A stretch of 64,000 nt of DNA from an uncultured Candidatus Saccharibacteria bacterium (GCA_964406145.1 CAYOQP010000005.1:834-64833), one strand, 5' to 3'; positions 7,474 to 18,022 are shown, counted from the first letter of the stretch. A program made the numbers and translations. The notes: a model not told the origin generated them from the letters alone.

Positions 7474-8844
7474 TTAGTCGAAACGATTGAATAGAAGCCC
7501 GCTAATAAGCATCACTGTGGCTTGTATAGCAACCCAGATAAAAATTAAAAACAGAATAATTCGTCCAATACCAAAACGTTGGCCAGATAATGCTTGATCG
7601 TCTTCCTCTACGCCCAATCCTAACCAACTTTGAGCAGTACCCTCTTCTTTGCGAAGTTTGGACATTTTCCTGATCAACAATCCAGCGCCGATGGCAATGA
7701 ATCCGACAATAAAGATAATTACCGGCCAGCCGAGTGAATTGGCGAAATACTTGCCAGTAAGAGCAACGATACTAACGATCAAAGAAAGGGCACCGACATA
7801 GGGCAAGGTGTAAATAAAAATTTTGGCAGCTAGAAGAATGAAGGCAAGGCCGACAATCGCTGTGAAATAGAAATATCCCTCTTTGTCAGAGCCAAGAGCC
7901 AAGAAAGGAATAAGCATAAGAAAAGGAGCAAATTCCTCAAAGAGTCTCTTTAGTACATAAAATGATCGATCTTTAAAAATATTTTTCAGATGATTGTAAA
8001 GAGACGCCAGACCAAGATATAACACACCGACCAAAGAAATTATGACTGCATATGATTCTGAACCAAGAACTAATGATTGATCAAGAGAAGTGATAACAGC
8101 AATAGGAAGCATGACTGCGGAAAAGATAGTGCCCACAGCAACAAATGCTCTCTTACTGTCGGAATTCATTACAAACATAACAAATCCTAGCGCCAATATT
8201 GCCAACGAAAATCCTAACATTAGCCAAGACGTCATGATTTCGCTTGGTTCTGCATTCGCCAATATTGAGAAAAATAAAGCGTAAGACGAAAGAATTGTAA
8301 GTCCAGCCAAGTGATGTCTTTTAAAAATAAATTCGGAAATAGCAAAGAAAATCAGTGCCGATAGAGCACAGATTATGAATAATATTGGATTGACTTCGTG
8401 ATAAATTTCAAATTGGTAAATAAGAGTTCCAATAACAAAAGGAATCATGAAGCCAGCAACACCAAATATTGCCTTCTCTGGCTCTTCATAGAGCTTATTC
8501 TTCTTGAGATACATCGAGATACCAAATAGTGCTAGCATCGGAATCGCCAGGAAAGAAACTCTGGCAAGAGGACCAACATTTGTCCAGTTGGCGGCAACAA
8601 CAATAATAGTAGCAACAAGAATGAGGATTGTGCCAATCATTATGAAAGCCTTGGTGGTATCAAAGTGCTTTCTAGCCGGCTTTGCGGCCTGTTCAACATT
8701 AGTATTTGTTTGCAAACGCTCGGCAAAAGCTCTGTTTATCTCATCATCAGAGAGGCCTTGACTCTTTAGCTCGGCGAAAATCTCGCCAACATTTTTACCC
8801 CCAGCGAGACCAGTCTGAATCTTTTCGACAATTGAATTGTCCAT
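7474..8844 (-). CDS. Polytopic membrane protein (DUF2157-like)
   Basis: IGTILIL..VAANW motif; many TM helices; ATG 8844 after AGGAG. Confidence 0.75.
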   Translation of the reverse strand: MDNSIVEKIQTGLAGGKNVGEIFAELKSQGLSDDEINRAFAERLQTNTNVEQAAKPARKHFDTTKAFIMIGTILILVATIIVVAANWTNVGPLARVSFLAIPMLALFGISMYLKKNKLYEEPEKAIFGVAGFMIPFVIGTLIYQFEIYHEVNPILFIICALSALIFFAISEFIFKRHHLAGLTILSSYALFFSILANAEPSEIMTSWLMLGFSLAILALGFVMFVMNSDSKRAFVAVGTIFSAVMLPIAVITSLDQSLVLGSESYAVIISLVGVLYLGLASLYNHLKNIFKDRSFYVLKRLFEEFAPFLMLIPFLALGSDKEGYFYFTAIVGLAFILLAAKIFIYTLPYVGALSLIVSIVALTGKYFANSLGWPVIIFIVGFIAIGAGLLIRKMSKLRKEEGTAQSWLGLGVEEDDQALSGQRFGIGRIILFLIFIWVAIQATVMLISGLLFNRFD

Positions 8845-8876
8845 TTTGCTCCCCACTCCTTAATATTTGAAAATAT

Positions 8877-9998
8877 TTAACCCTGTAAGTATTCTTCAAG
8901 ATCAGTTGAGCGCTCGGCTTTCTTAAGCTTAGAAAGTGCCTTTGCCTCAATCTGTCGAATTCTCTCTCTAGTAACACCAAATTCCTGACCAACTTCTTCG
9001 AGAGTATGTGTCCGCCCGTCTTCAAGACCAAAACGCATTTTTAGAATTTTCTGTTCGCGTGGCTGAAGACCATTCAAAAATTCTTGAATCTTATCTTTGA
9101 GCAATGTCTGAGAGGTAGACTCCTCCGGCGAGACATGCTTGGTGTCCTCGATAAAATCACCAAGACGAGAGTCTTCTTCTTCACCGACAGGAGCTTCAAG
9201 AGAAACAGTTTCCTGAGAGATCTTAATGATATGCTCGACTTTGTCGACTTCCATTGCCATTTCTTGAGCAATTTCTTCTGGGGTTGGTTCGCGACCGAGA
9301 TCCTGAACAAGTTGACGCTGAACACGAATCAGCTTGTTGATAGTCTCGATCATATGAACTGGGATTCTGATAGTTCTGGCTTGATCGGCGATTGCTCGGG
9401 TAATAGCCTGTCTGATCCACCAAGTTGCATAGGTTGAGAATTTAAAACCTTTGCGGTAATCAAATTTATCAACTGCGCGCATTAAGCCAGTGTTGCCCTC
9501 TTGGATAAGATCAAGTAGAGAAAGGCCTCGACCAATGTATTTCTTGGCAATCGAGACAACAAGACGAAGATTAGCCTCGGCCAATCTCTTTTTAGCCCAG
9601 ATGTCACCCTTTTCAACCTTCTTGGCAAGTTTGACTTCTTCCTCATTTGTTAGAAGCGCGATTTTGCCGATTTCTCGAAGATACATTCGAACAGAGTCAT
9701 CGGCGATATCGCCAAGTCCAAGCTCTTCAAGAAGCGACTTCTCTTTCTTGGCTTGAAAAACAGAGGCGATAATTCCCTTGGGCTTTTCGACTTCTTCTTT
9801 GAACTCAATGCCTTTGCGATACATATAGTCAAAAATCTGATCAAGCTCGGCAACATTCTCTTCTGGTTCCTCGATAGCCTGTATCATTTCTTGCATCGAA
9901 ATATACCCATGCGCTCGACCTTTCATCAAAAGATCGTTAACAATGGGTGAAAATTCTAGTACTTCTTCTTGCTTGGGTACAAAAACCTTTTTAGCCAT
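8877..9998 (-). CDS. rpoD: Primary sigma factor
   Basis: [58 protein letters not shown]. Confidence 0.98.
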   Translation of the reverse strand: MAKKVFVPKQEEVLEFSPIVNDLLMKGRAHGYISMQEMIQAIEEPEENVAELDQIFDYMYRKGIEFKEEVEKPKGIIASVFQAKKEKSLLEELGLGDIADDSVRMYLREIGKIALLTNEEEVKLAKKVEKGDIWAKKRLAEANLRLVVSIAKKYIGRGLSLLDLIQEGNTGLMRAVDKFDYRKGFKFSTYATWWIRQAITRAIADQARTIRIPVHMIETINKLIRVQRQLVQDLGREPTPEEIAQEMAMEVDKVEHIIKISQETVSLEAPVGEEEDSRLGDFIEDTKHVSPEESTSQTLLKDKIQEFLNGLQPREQKILKMRFGLEDGRTHTLEEVGQEFGVTRERIRQIEAKALSKLKKAERSTDLEEYLQG

Positions 9999-10077
9999 CC
10001 AAACTCCTTGGACAGTCCGCAGAGACGGGCGAATTTCCCGATGTCCGCAGAGAGCCTTAGTAATAAATATTAAATTG

Positions 10078-10106
10078 ATTGTAACATTTTGAGACTATTT
10101 TATCAA
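10078..10106 (-). promoter_or_regulatory. Internal rpoD promoter
   Basis: TTGATA-17 bp-TACAAT with extended -10 TG. Confidence 0.7.
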
Positions 10107-11816
10107 GCTCGAAAACTCTGACAGGAGTTTCTTAACCAGAGCCTTATCTCCCTTTGATTCTGCCTCGTGAATTTTTCTAGCATAAGTATCTTTAATGTCT
10201 TCTTTTTGATCCTGTTTGATACGGCCGATCAAATAAAGTAGCTCCGATGAAATGGTTTCTGTATTGTCAGAGTCGATATTTTCAAGAGCCGAGACAGCCA
10301 GCTGGTCAAGAATAAAAGCCAATTCTGGCTTAATTTTATCTCGCTCTATCTCCTTATCTTTGATCATTTTAGTAAAGACAGAAAATTTTTCATCAGAAAA
10401 AGAGAAATCGGCTGGAACATTTTTAACAAGTTCTGGATTAGCCCAGATCAGGCCAAGAATTCTCTCGGACACAGAAATTTTTTCGGGCGCGACCTCTTCT
10501 TCAGTCTTGTTATGAGAAAATTCACTGTCTGTCTTTGATTTTTCTAGGGCATCTATTAAAGAATTCTCAGAAATAGAAAGCTTTTCGGAAAGATATTTTA
10601 TATAATGCTCTTTTTCGATATCGGAGAGAATTATTTTAATTACTGGCAAAATTTCTTTGGCAATTATTTTTTTCTCAGAAACTCCAAGCTCTTTGCCATC
10701 TGTCAGTCCATCAATCCAATATTCCAACGACGGCTTAGCCCTTTTGACGGCTTGTTCCCAATTTTTGGGATCGGCCTTAATCGCTTCATCGGCGTCTTTG
10801 AATGGTGCGGTGGTGATAATTTTAGTCGAAATATCGTTTTGCAAAGCAACCCTAACAGCTCTCTTCATTGCCGTCTGGCCAGCGTTATCAGTATCAAAAC
10901 AAAGAGCAATCAGCGATGAATACCGAGACAGAGTTTTCAATTGATCCAATGTGAGCGCAGTTCCAGATGTCGCTACAACATTTCGAAATCCGGCCTGATG
11001 GCAAGCTATAACATCCATATTGCCTTCGACCATGATCGCGAGATTGGCTTCTTTGATCGCCGTCTTGGCCTTGTCCAAACCATAAATGGTTTTGCCCTTA
11101 GTATAGATTGGCGACTCTGCAGAATTGATATATTTGGCACTCTTGCCGTCATCTTCAAGTATTCGCGAAGTAAAAGCGACTGTTGCGCCCATCGGATTAT
11201 TAATCGGAAATATAATTCTGCCACGGAATCGATCATAGACCTTGCCTTGCTCGGCCCTGATCGCCACTCCAGCCTCAACAATCTCTGTTTCGTTATATTT
11301 TTTAGAAATTAAAAATCTGAGCAAAAAGTCCCAAGAAGCCGGAGCATAGCCAATTTCGAAAGTCTCGATTGTCTTGGCTGACATTCCCCTATTTTTCAAA
11401 TATTCCCTAGCCTTCTCAGCTTTGGGATGATCAACCAGAATCTTGTGATAGACCTTTTTGGCCCATTCGTTGATCTCGAATATCCTAGTTTTTTTGTCGG
11501 CTTTGTACTCCTTTTGACCAAAAGAGACCGAATTTGACTTAAGCTCCACTCCAGCCCTTTCAGCCAGAAGTTTCAGGGCGTTATAGAAGTCTAGTCCTTC
11601 CATTTTTTCGACGAAGGTAATGACATCGCCACCCTCACCACAACCGAAACATTTGAAAGTCTGACGTTCTGGCGAGATCATAAACGAAGGACTCTTTTCA
11701 TTATGAAAAGGACATGGAGCTTTATAATTAGTCCCGGCTTTTTTCAAAGTTAAATAGGTCGAAATAACTTCAACAATATCAATTCTGTCTTTTACTTCTT
11801 GTACCTGATCATTCAT
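10095..11816 (-). CDS. dnaG: DNA primase
   Basis: CPFHNEKSPSF..CFGC zinc finger, KYINSAE, VEGNMDV, FDTDNAG TOPRIM. Confidence 0.98.
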   Translation of the reverse strand: MNDQVQEVKDRIDIVEVISTYLTLKKAGTNYKAPCPFHNEKSPSFMISPERQTFKCFGCGEGGDVITFVEKMEGLDFYNALKLLAERAGVELKSNSVSFGQKEYKADKKTRIFEINEWAKKVYHKILVDHPKAEKAREYLKNRGMSAKTIETFEIGYAPASWDFLLRFLISKKYNETEIVEAGVAIRAEQGKVYDRFRGRIIFPINNPMGATVAFTSRILEDDGKSAKYINSAESPIYTKGKTIYGLDKAKTAIKEANLAIMVEGNMDVIACHQAGFRNVVATSGTALTLDQLKTLSRYSSLIALCFDTDNAGQTAMKRAVRVALQNDISTKIITTAPFKDADEAIKADPKNWEQAVKRAKPSLEYWIDGLTDGKELGVSEKKIIAKEILPVIKIILSDIEKEHYIKYLSEKLSISENSLIDALEKSKTDSEFSHNKTEEEVAPEKISVSERILGLIWANPELVKNVPADFSFSDEKFSVFTKMIKDKEIERDKIKPELAFILDQLAVSALENIDSDNTETISSELLYLIGRIKQDQKEDIKDTYARKIHEAESKGDKALVKKLLSEFSSLIK

Positions 11817-12955
11817 TTATAGATTCGTTTCATCAAAGGATTTAGTTGTGTGATGATTTCATAATTATACGAATTAGACAGAAGAGCAAGCTCTTCCGCA
11901 GAAACAGTCTCGTTCCTTGAAGAACCTAGCAAGAAAACTTCATCACCAATCCGAACATTTTTAATATCAGTGACATCAATCGTAATCATATCCATTGAGA
12001 CTCGGCCCAAAACTCGACATCTCTGGCCATTTATCAAAACGTTGCCGACACTCGAGAGTGCCCATTTGTAACCGTGCCAATAACCGACTGGCAAGATCGC
12101 TACTTTAGTATCTCGGCGCAAAAGCTCAGTTAAGCCATAGCCGATCCGCTCACCCTTTTTAATGTTTTTTATCTCTGAAATAATCGTTTTCCATGATAAA
12201 ATCGGTTTCAAATTAATCGAATCTTCATAAGCTGATCTAGTTTCGGCCGATGGCCAGATACCCATCAATCCGATACCGACCCTGACCATGTCGAAATGTG
12301 ATTCTGGGAAAACGATTGTGCCACCAGTTGCGGCCGCATGTTTCAGGGGTGAAAAACCAGAATTTTTAAAAGTCTCAAAGATATCATTGAAAATTTTGAT
12401 TTGGTCTTCAGTGTCTTTTCTAAAAGCTGGATTTTTTGCAGAAGCAAAATGTGTATAGATACCCTGGAGATAGCAATCTTTGGATTTTTTTAATATCGAT
12501 ATGACCTGTCCTATTTCATCTCCCATAAAACCTTGGCGATGCATGCCGGAGTCTATTTTAATGTGAATATTTAACTTGCAATCAAGATTAAGATCCCTAA
12601 TACTTTTTAGCGATTCAAGATTCGAAATAGAAACACTGATATTTCTAAGCGCTGCTTCTCTATAATATTCTGGCAATGTATAGCCCAAGACCAATATCGG
12701 CTTGGAAATACCCTGATCCCGAAGCTTCTTTGCCTCGACTATAGAATCAACACCAAACCAGTCAACGCCAATTTTATCTAGAGTAAGAGAATAATCGATC
12801 AGTCCATGGCCATAAGCATTCGACTTTGTAATCGCCATGAGCATGCAATCTTTTTTGATTATTCGACGAAATTGTTCGACATTATTTTTGAGCAGTGACT
12901 TATCAATCTCCAACCAAGTCCTAATACCCTGATGATTGTTCTGATCATTCGACAT
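11813..12955 (-). CDS. alr: Alanine racemase
   Basis: KSNAYGHG PLP lysine, IDSGMHRQG, GRVSMD. Confidence 0.95.
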   Translation of the reverse strand: MSNDQNNHQGIRTWLEIDKSLLKNNVEQFRRIIKKDCMLMAITKSNAYGHGLIDYSLTLDKIGVDWFGVDSIVEAKKLRDQGISKPILVLGYTLPEYYREAALRNISVSISNLESLKSIRDLNLDCKLNIHIKIDSGMHRQGFMGDEIGQVISILKKSKDCYLQGIYTHFASAKNPAFRKDTEDQIKIFNDIFETFKNSGFSPLKHAAATGGTIVFPESHFDMVRVGIGLMGIWPSAETRSAYEDSINLKPILSWKTIISEIKNIKKGERIGYGLTELLRRDTKVAILPVGYWHGYKWALSSVGNVLINGQRCRVLGRVSMDMITIDVTDIKNVRIGDEVFLLGSSRNETVSAEELALLSNSYNYEIITQLNPLMKRIYK

Positions 12956-12957
12956 AA

Positions 12958-15318
12958 TTAATATCCTTTGTTTTCAATTAATTTCTCAAGTAGCTCGCGA
13001 GGATAAATTGGCGTCTTTTCGGCTAATGCTTGATGATAGAGCACAGTCGAAGGAGTCAATCCGGGCAAAGTATTAACCTCGATAATTATCAGATCTCCAG
13101 TCTTCGTATTGGCAAAAGTATCAATCCTCGAATATCCCTTGATGCCGATCTTCTTGGCAAATATTTCGATCAATTCCTTAATCCTTATTAGATTTTTGTT
13201 CTCGATTATCTCCTCTGGTGGCGGAGTAATATTGATACCAGTTCCGCCCTGAAACTTTTCCTCAACAGACAGGACTTCGCCTTCGGCAACCGTCAAACTT
13301 GGATTAAATGCTATTAATTTCCCCTTTTCTTCAACAACGCCAACGGTAATCTCGATCATGCTATTATTAACCTTATGGATAAGGTCGTTACCCTTGACTA
13401 TGACCTGATCGGTAACAATGAATTCTTCAAGAAGAAAGTGGCTTTTACCGTTTTGTGGTAGATCGACAATCTCCGGCTGATTTTTGAATGTGTTTCTAGG
13501 GATAAATGGTGATCCCTGAGTAACTAAATCCAGATATTTTTCCAAATCGTTAGCGCCGTATAGTCGGACGACTCCAGAAGAACAACCGTCATCCATTGGC
13601 TTGATAATAATTGAGTCTGATCCGAATTCGGACCTAACCTCTTTCCAAATATTTTTGATGGCATTTTTCTGTTTCAGGGTTTCGGTAGAAATTATTCTCT
13701 TCTTCGCTGTCGCAAGCCCTGGAATATTAACCTTCTCGACAACTTCCCCAGTTGCAAACTTATTCATGCAAAGTGCCGAAACCTTCGAATCAGGACCGTT
13801 AAACTTAACCTTATTTCTTTCCAACAAGGCTTGGAGCTTTCCGTCTTCACCAAAACCTCCGTGAAGACCGATGAAGATAAATTTCGAACGATTAATAAGT
13901 TCAGCGAGAGTCATCTTTCTGGGCAAGAAAAAATCTTCAACAGGAATCGAATCGTCGATAGACAAACGGACCTGAGCTTTTTTCTCATAAGAACGCAGTC
14001 TCTCTTCATCAGCAGGGGCCTTGAGACAATTTTCAACTATTTCCTCCACTGTATGATTAAGAGTAAGTGCATAGGGAAGCTCCCAGACATTGCCATCAAA
14101 ATCAAGAAGGTAGGGCTTCGGAGAATATTTCTTTGATTTGCGTAGTTTGAGCCAGATATTAGTACCACTCATTAGCGAAACTTGACGCTCAGAAGTACTA
14201 CCGCCAAATAATACTGAAACTTCTTTGCGATTTTTCTCATTTAATATTGCAGGAATCGCAAAATCAATATTGTTACGCTTGCAGGCATGAGCCAAAATAT
14301 ATAGAAGTATCGAACGATGAGATAAGCCAACTCTAGCGCCTTGTTGAAATAGAAAGCTATTTTGTTCCATACCACTGATCGGATTGAAGTCTGAAAACCA
14401 AATCTTTCCATCCGGCAGAACCCAACCATCGAAACGAGCGAAGTCCCTCATGCCGAGAGCCGAGAAAAGCTGTTCGGCTTGAACTTGAATCTCTTCGATT
14501 TTCTGATTACTGAAGCGAGGCGGACAATGATATGTCACCTGACGAGTCGGCAAATATTTTTTACGAAAGTCAAAGATCTGATGCTCGGTATAATCAGCCT
14601 CAATTTCGGTCGGTATTATTGCGACAGGTAGATCATATTTGTTTTGCAAAATTATAACGGTGAATTCACTTCCGGTCGCAAATTGTTCGATCACAACCCT
14701 GGTATCCATTCTTTTTGAGAAAAGAAATTCTGATCTTTCCAGAGCTTCTTGCGGAGTAGAAACCGAAAAAACACCAATGCTTGAACCGCCTGTTGCCGGC
14801 TTGACCACCGCCCGCTTGATATTATGCAGTTTGAAAAAATCATGAATAATATTCCCGTGGTCCTTCTTGTTTATTTTTAAAACAACTGAAGGCAAAGTGA
14901 AAAAACCCATTTTCTTGATCGACTCATTGGCGTTGAACTTATCAAAACTCTTTTTGCATGATTCCGATCCGGTACCAACAAAAGGAATTTTATTTTTTTC
15001 AAGAAATCCCTGAATGCCACCGTCTTCGCCATATGGACCATGCATTGCCGGGAAAGCAATGTCACATTTTTTTAGTTCGCTGACTAGCTCTTTTTCCGAA
15101 AGTGCACTTCCGGATTCCTGAAGTTTGAAATCAAAATCCGAAGGAGTATTCGAGTAAAGTTGAGACTTGGAAATCTTATAGGGATTTTTCTTGTGGTCAA
15201 AGTAGAATGGGACAATCTCGATCTCGGGCGATTCCAGATGATCCATCACTGATCTAGCCGAATTTAACGATATTCCTCTTTCTAACGATGGTCCGCCGCA
15301 CAACAATGCAATTTTCAT
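12958..15318 (-). CDS. ddl: Tandem double-domain D-alanine--D-alanine ligase
   Basis: Two full Ddl motif sets: GGPSLERGIS/HGPYGEDG/GSSIGV/DFNPISG and GGSTSERQVS/HGGFGEDG/GCSSGV/EVNTLPG; adjacent to alr. Confidence 0.9.
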   Translation of the reverse strand: MKIALLCGGPSLERGISLNSARSVMDHLESPEIEIVPFYFDHKKNPYKISKSQLYSNTPSDFDFKLQESGSALSEKELVSELKKCDIAFPAMHGPYGEDGGIQGFLEKNKIPFVGTGSESCKKSFDKFNANESIKKMGFFTLPSVVLKINKKDHGNIIHDFFKLHNIKRAVVKPATGGSSIGVFSVSTPQEALERSEFLFSKRMDTRVVIEQFATGSEFTVIILQNKYDLPVAIIPTEIEADYTEHQIFDFRKKYLPTRQVTYHCPPRFSNQKIEEIQVQAEQLFSALGMRDFARFDGWVLPDGKIWFSDFNPISGMEQNSFLFQQGARVGLSHRSILLYILAHACKRNNIDFAIPAILNEKNRKEVSVLFGGSTSERQVSLMSGTNIWLKLRKSKKYSPKPYLLDFDGNVWELPYALTLNHTVEEIVENCLKAPADEERLRSYEKKAQVRLSIDDSIPVEDFFLPRKMTLAELINRSKFIFIGLHGGFGEDGKLQALLERNKVKFNGPDSKVSALCMNKFATGEVVEKVNIPGLATAKKRIISTETLKQKNAIKNIWKEVRSEFGSDSIIIKPMDDGCSSGVVRLYGANDLEKYLDLVTQGSPFIPRNTFKNQPEIVDLPQNGKSHFLLEEFIVTDQVIVKGNDLIHKVNNSMIEITVGVVEEKGKLIAFNPSLTVAEGEVLSVEEKFQGGTGINITPPPEEIIENKNLIRIKELIEIFAKKIGIKGYSRIDTFANTKTGDLIIIEVNTLPGLTPSTVLYHQALAEKTPIYPRELLEKLIENKGY

Positions 15319-15419
15319 GGTTTTTGCGAAAATTAATTAAAAAACAAGTAAATATTAGCATTTTTTGCAAAAATAAACCACATTATTGCCTTATTGTGAC
15401 AATAAATATATTTTTAACA

Positions 15420-16571
15420 CTATTCTTCTAAACAGTCATCCAATATTTTTCTAATCTGAGAAGCAGTCAATGGGATTTCACCGATTCCTCTCTCAACCAG
15501 TCTCTCAACCATAACCGAAAAATATTCATCTGATATGTCCCATTCTTTCAAGCTCATCTTAACGCCAAGAGAGGCAAAAAATTTGTAAGTAGCATTAATC
15601 GCCTTTTTAATAATTTGGTCATCACTTCCATCTAGATTCCAAATTCTTTTTCCATATTGAACCATCTTTTTTGCTTTTTGATCTTTGACAACTTCCATCC
15701 ATCGCGGCGTGATGATCGCTAGCCCAGCGGCATGCGGAATATCATAAAAAGCACTAAGCTGATGCTCAATACCATGAGTCGCCCAATCTTCATCGACTCC
15801 CGATCTCAATAGATCATTCAATGCCATGCAAGCACAAAAGGAAATGTTTGCTCGAGCGTCATAATCAGTCGGATTTTTTAAAACTTTGTCAGCGTTTTCT
15901 ATCAGAGTCAGCATGATCCCCTCGCCGAATCTATCATGAAGCGGCACATTCTCCGTTGTGGTCATATATTGCTCAAGAACATGAGAGTAAGCGTCGATAA
16001 TGCCATAAGCTGTTTGATCTTTTGGCAGAGAAAAGGTGTTTTGTGGGTCAATGACTGAAAATGCTGGATAATTTTGCTCTCGACCAAAGAACTTCTTTTC
16101 ATGTTTTGTCCAATTGGTAATCACCGCACCCTTATTCATCTCGCTACCAGTCGCCGAAAGAGTCAGGACAACACCAAATGGGACATATTTTGCAGGCTCA
16201 ATCCCTGGCTTTGTCATAAAATCCCACGGGTCACCATCATAATGCATCGCGGCGGCTAGAAGCTTTGTGCCATCAATCACGCTACCACCGCCAACGGCCA
16301 AGAGAAAATCAGGATTAAAATCCTTAAATTTTTTAACGGCCTCCCTAATAGTCTCCACTCTAGGATTTGGCTCAATGCCGCCAAATTCTTCTACATCAAA
16401 ATCTTTTAACTGAGATATTACTTTTTGATAGACGCCATTTTTCTTGATACTGCCGCCGCCATAGGTAATGACCACTTTTTTGCCATATATCTTAACATTG
16501 GCGCCAATTTTATCCATAGCATCTGTGCCAAAAATGATTTTAGTTGGATTGTGTAATTCAAAATTATTCAT
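15420..16571 (-). CDS. Iron-containing alcohol dehydrogenase (Bdh/YqhD type)
   Basis: GGGSIKKNG, GGIEPNP, GGGSVIDG, ATGSE, WATHGIEH, HAAGLA. Confidence 0.93.
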   Translation of the reverse strand: MNNFELHNPTKIIFGTDAMDKIGANVKIYGKKVVITYGGGSIKKNGVYQKVISQLKDFDVEEFGGIEPNPRVETIREAVKKFKDFNPDFLLAVGGGSVIDGTKLLAAAMHYDGDPWDFMTKPGIEPAKYVPFGVVLTLSATGSEMNKGAVITNWTKHEKKFFGREQNYPAFSVIDPQNTFSLPKDQTAYGIIDAYSHVLEQYMTTTENVPLHDRFGEGIMLTLIENADKVLKNPTDYDARANISFCACMALNDLLRSGVDEDWATHGIEHQLSAFYDIPHAAGLAIITPRWMEVVKDQKAKKMVQYGKRIWNLDGSDDQIIKKAINATYKFFASLGVKMSLKEWDISDEYFSVMVERLVERGIGEIPLTASQIRKILDDCLEE

Positions 16572-16594
16572 AGAAATATATCCTTCGCGCTAAT

Positions 16595-17410
16595 TTATTT
16601 TGGCAAGAGCGATTTCATCTGCTTGGCAATCAAATTTGTCGCAAAAGCAGGATTGAGACGATAAAATATGTTCATAAGCTTAGAATCTTTCCCGGTATAA
16701 ATGTAGAGTCTGTTTTTCTCGATCCCGTTTATTATGATCATTGCCGCTTCTTTGGCTGACAGCATAGTAATGTTTTGCTTTTTCGAGCCATCATCATCTG
16801 GCTGAGTAGATATTTTAGCGCCTGAATTTTCAGCAATGTTTGTCTTGGTCGCACCAGGAAAAACGATGGAAACCCGAACATTGGTATCTAAAAGCTCGGC
16901 ATACAAACCTTCGGTCAGAAGCTTGACGGCCGCTTTTGATGCTCCGTAGACACTCTGGCCAGGAACCGGCAAGAATCCGCCCATGCTTGAAACATTAACA
17001 ATGTGAGCTTCTGGTCTCTTAAGAAGTAAGGGCAAAAAAGACTTGACCATATACAATGTGCCATAAAAATTGACATTCATAACCTTGGCAACTGCCTCAT
17101 AATTAAGATCATTCACTCTGACAAAAGGCTGTATTATACCAGCATTATTGATAATGCCGTCAATATTGCCTTGCTTGGCAATAATATCTTGAGGCAAATT
17201 TTCGACTGCTCTCTTGTCGGTGATATCTAGAATATGAGTGGTTAGACTATTGGCCTTATCGCCAACTTGCTTGGACAGTTCGTCCAGACCTTCCTGGCGC
17301 ATATCAACGGCAGCTACTTTGGCCCCTCTCTCCAATAAACCAAGAGTCAGTTCCTTGCCAATACCACTTCCAGCCCCAGTAACCAAAAAAATCTTATCTT
17401 TTACGCGCAT
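16595..17410 (-). CDS. Short-chain dehydrogenase/reductase
   Basis: TGAGSGIG, NNAGI, YGASK. Confidence 0.95.
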   Translation of the reverse strand: MRVKDKIFLVTGAGSGIGKELTLGLLERGAKVAAVDMRQEGLDELSKQVGDKANSLTTHILDITDKRAVENLPQDIIAKQGNIDGIINNAGIIQPFVRVNDLNYEAVAKVMNVNFYGTLYMVKSFLPLLLKRPEAHIVNVSSMGGFLPVPGQSVYGASKAAVKLLTEGLYAELLDTNVRVSIVFPGATKTNIAENSGAKISTQPDDDGSKKQNITMLSAKEAAMIIINGIEKNRLYIYTGKDSKLMNIFYRLNPAFATNLIAKQMKSLLPK

Positions 17411-17476
17411 ATATCCTCCATAAAATTAATACCCAACTATTATATCAAAACTTCATTGATCAAATGTTTATGAAAT

Positions 17477-17497
17477 AAAAAACTCGCCAAAGCGAGT
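17477..17497 (-). terminator. Terminator downstream of the tRNA-Ser locus
   Basis: Minus strand ACTCGC-TTTG-GCGAGT followed by a T run. Confidence 0.7.
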
Positions 17498-17516
17498 ATT
17501 CATTAAAAATTATTGG

Positions 17517-17626
17517 AATGGCGGAGAGACAGGGATCTCGAGCGCCCTTTGGGCTTCTAAAAACCGACGGTTTTTAGTGTTTTCCTTTACGGGAAACTCC
17601 CGTTTCCCGACCCCTTCCCGTTCGAA
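17517..17626 (-). repeat. Duplicated tRNA-Ser 3' end with hairpin-rich insert in the T-loop
   Basis: AATGGCGGAGAGACAGGGAT at 17517-17536 equals 17674-17693; about 85 nt of hairpins separate it from TTCGAA at 17621-17626. Confidence 0.85.
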
Positions 17627-17675
17627 TCTCCTACTTCTAGTCATTTCAAATCACCCAAAATTGGGCAATTTGAAA

Positions 17676-17765
17676 TGGCGGAGAGACAGGGATTCGAACC
17701 CTGGGTGGACTTGCGCCCACACACGCTTTCCAAGCGTGCGCACTAGGCCACTATGCGATCTCTCC
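17676..17765 (-). tRNA. tRNA-Ser(GGA)
   Basis: Reverse complement GGAGAGATCGCATAGTGGCCTAGTGCGCACGCTTGGAAAGCGTGTGTGGGCGCAAGTCCACCCAGGGTTCGAATCCCTGTCTCTCCGCCA; long variable arm. Confidence 0.97.
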
Positions 17766-18008
17766 GTATTTTTTTGCTATATCTAATTTTTCCTTATAAC
17801 CCTTAGCGTGCTTTAGATACCACTCTCTCTTGCATGCTTCTTTCCTAGAATCAAACTCCTCAGTATGAATCATTTTCCAAGGCTTGAATGGTCGAGTTGA
17901 TCTTGTAGAACCAGAATTGTGCTCTACTAATCTTCTTATCGGATCGGTAGTGATGCCGATATAATGTCTCTTATCGGCATTTTCAAGCATGTATACGAAA
18001 TATTTCAT
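17751..18008 (-). CDS. Stand-alone GIY-YIG nuclease
   Basis: YFVYML..HYIGIT..RRLVEHN..STRPFKPW..ACKRE..LK; the last codons and stop lie inside the tRNA-Ser 5' end. Confidence 0.93.
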   Translation of the reverse strand: MKYFVYMLENADKRHYIGITTDPIRRLVEHNSGSTRSTRPFKPWKMIHTEEFDSRKEACKREWYLKHAKGYKEKLDIAKKYGEIA

Positions 18009-18022
18009 ACCCCTATTTTATC

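Noticed and set aside
17577-17786. 69-aa plus-strand ORF containing WRRDRDSNP
   Set aside because: It is the antisense reading of tRNA-Ser and its flanking hairpins; no SD.
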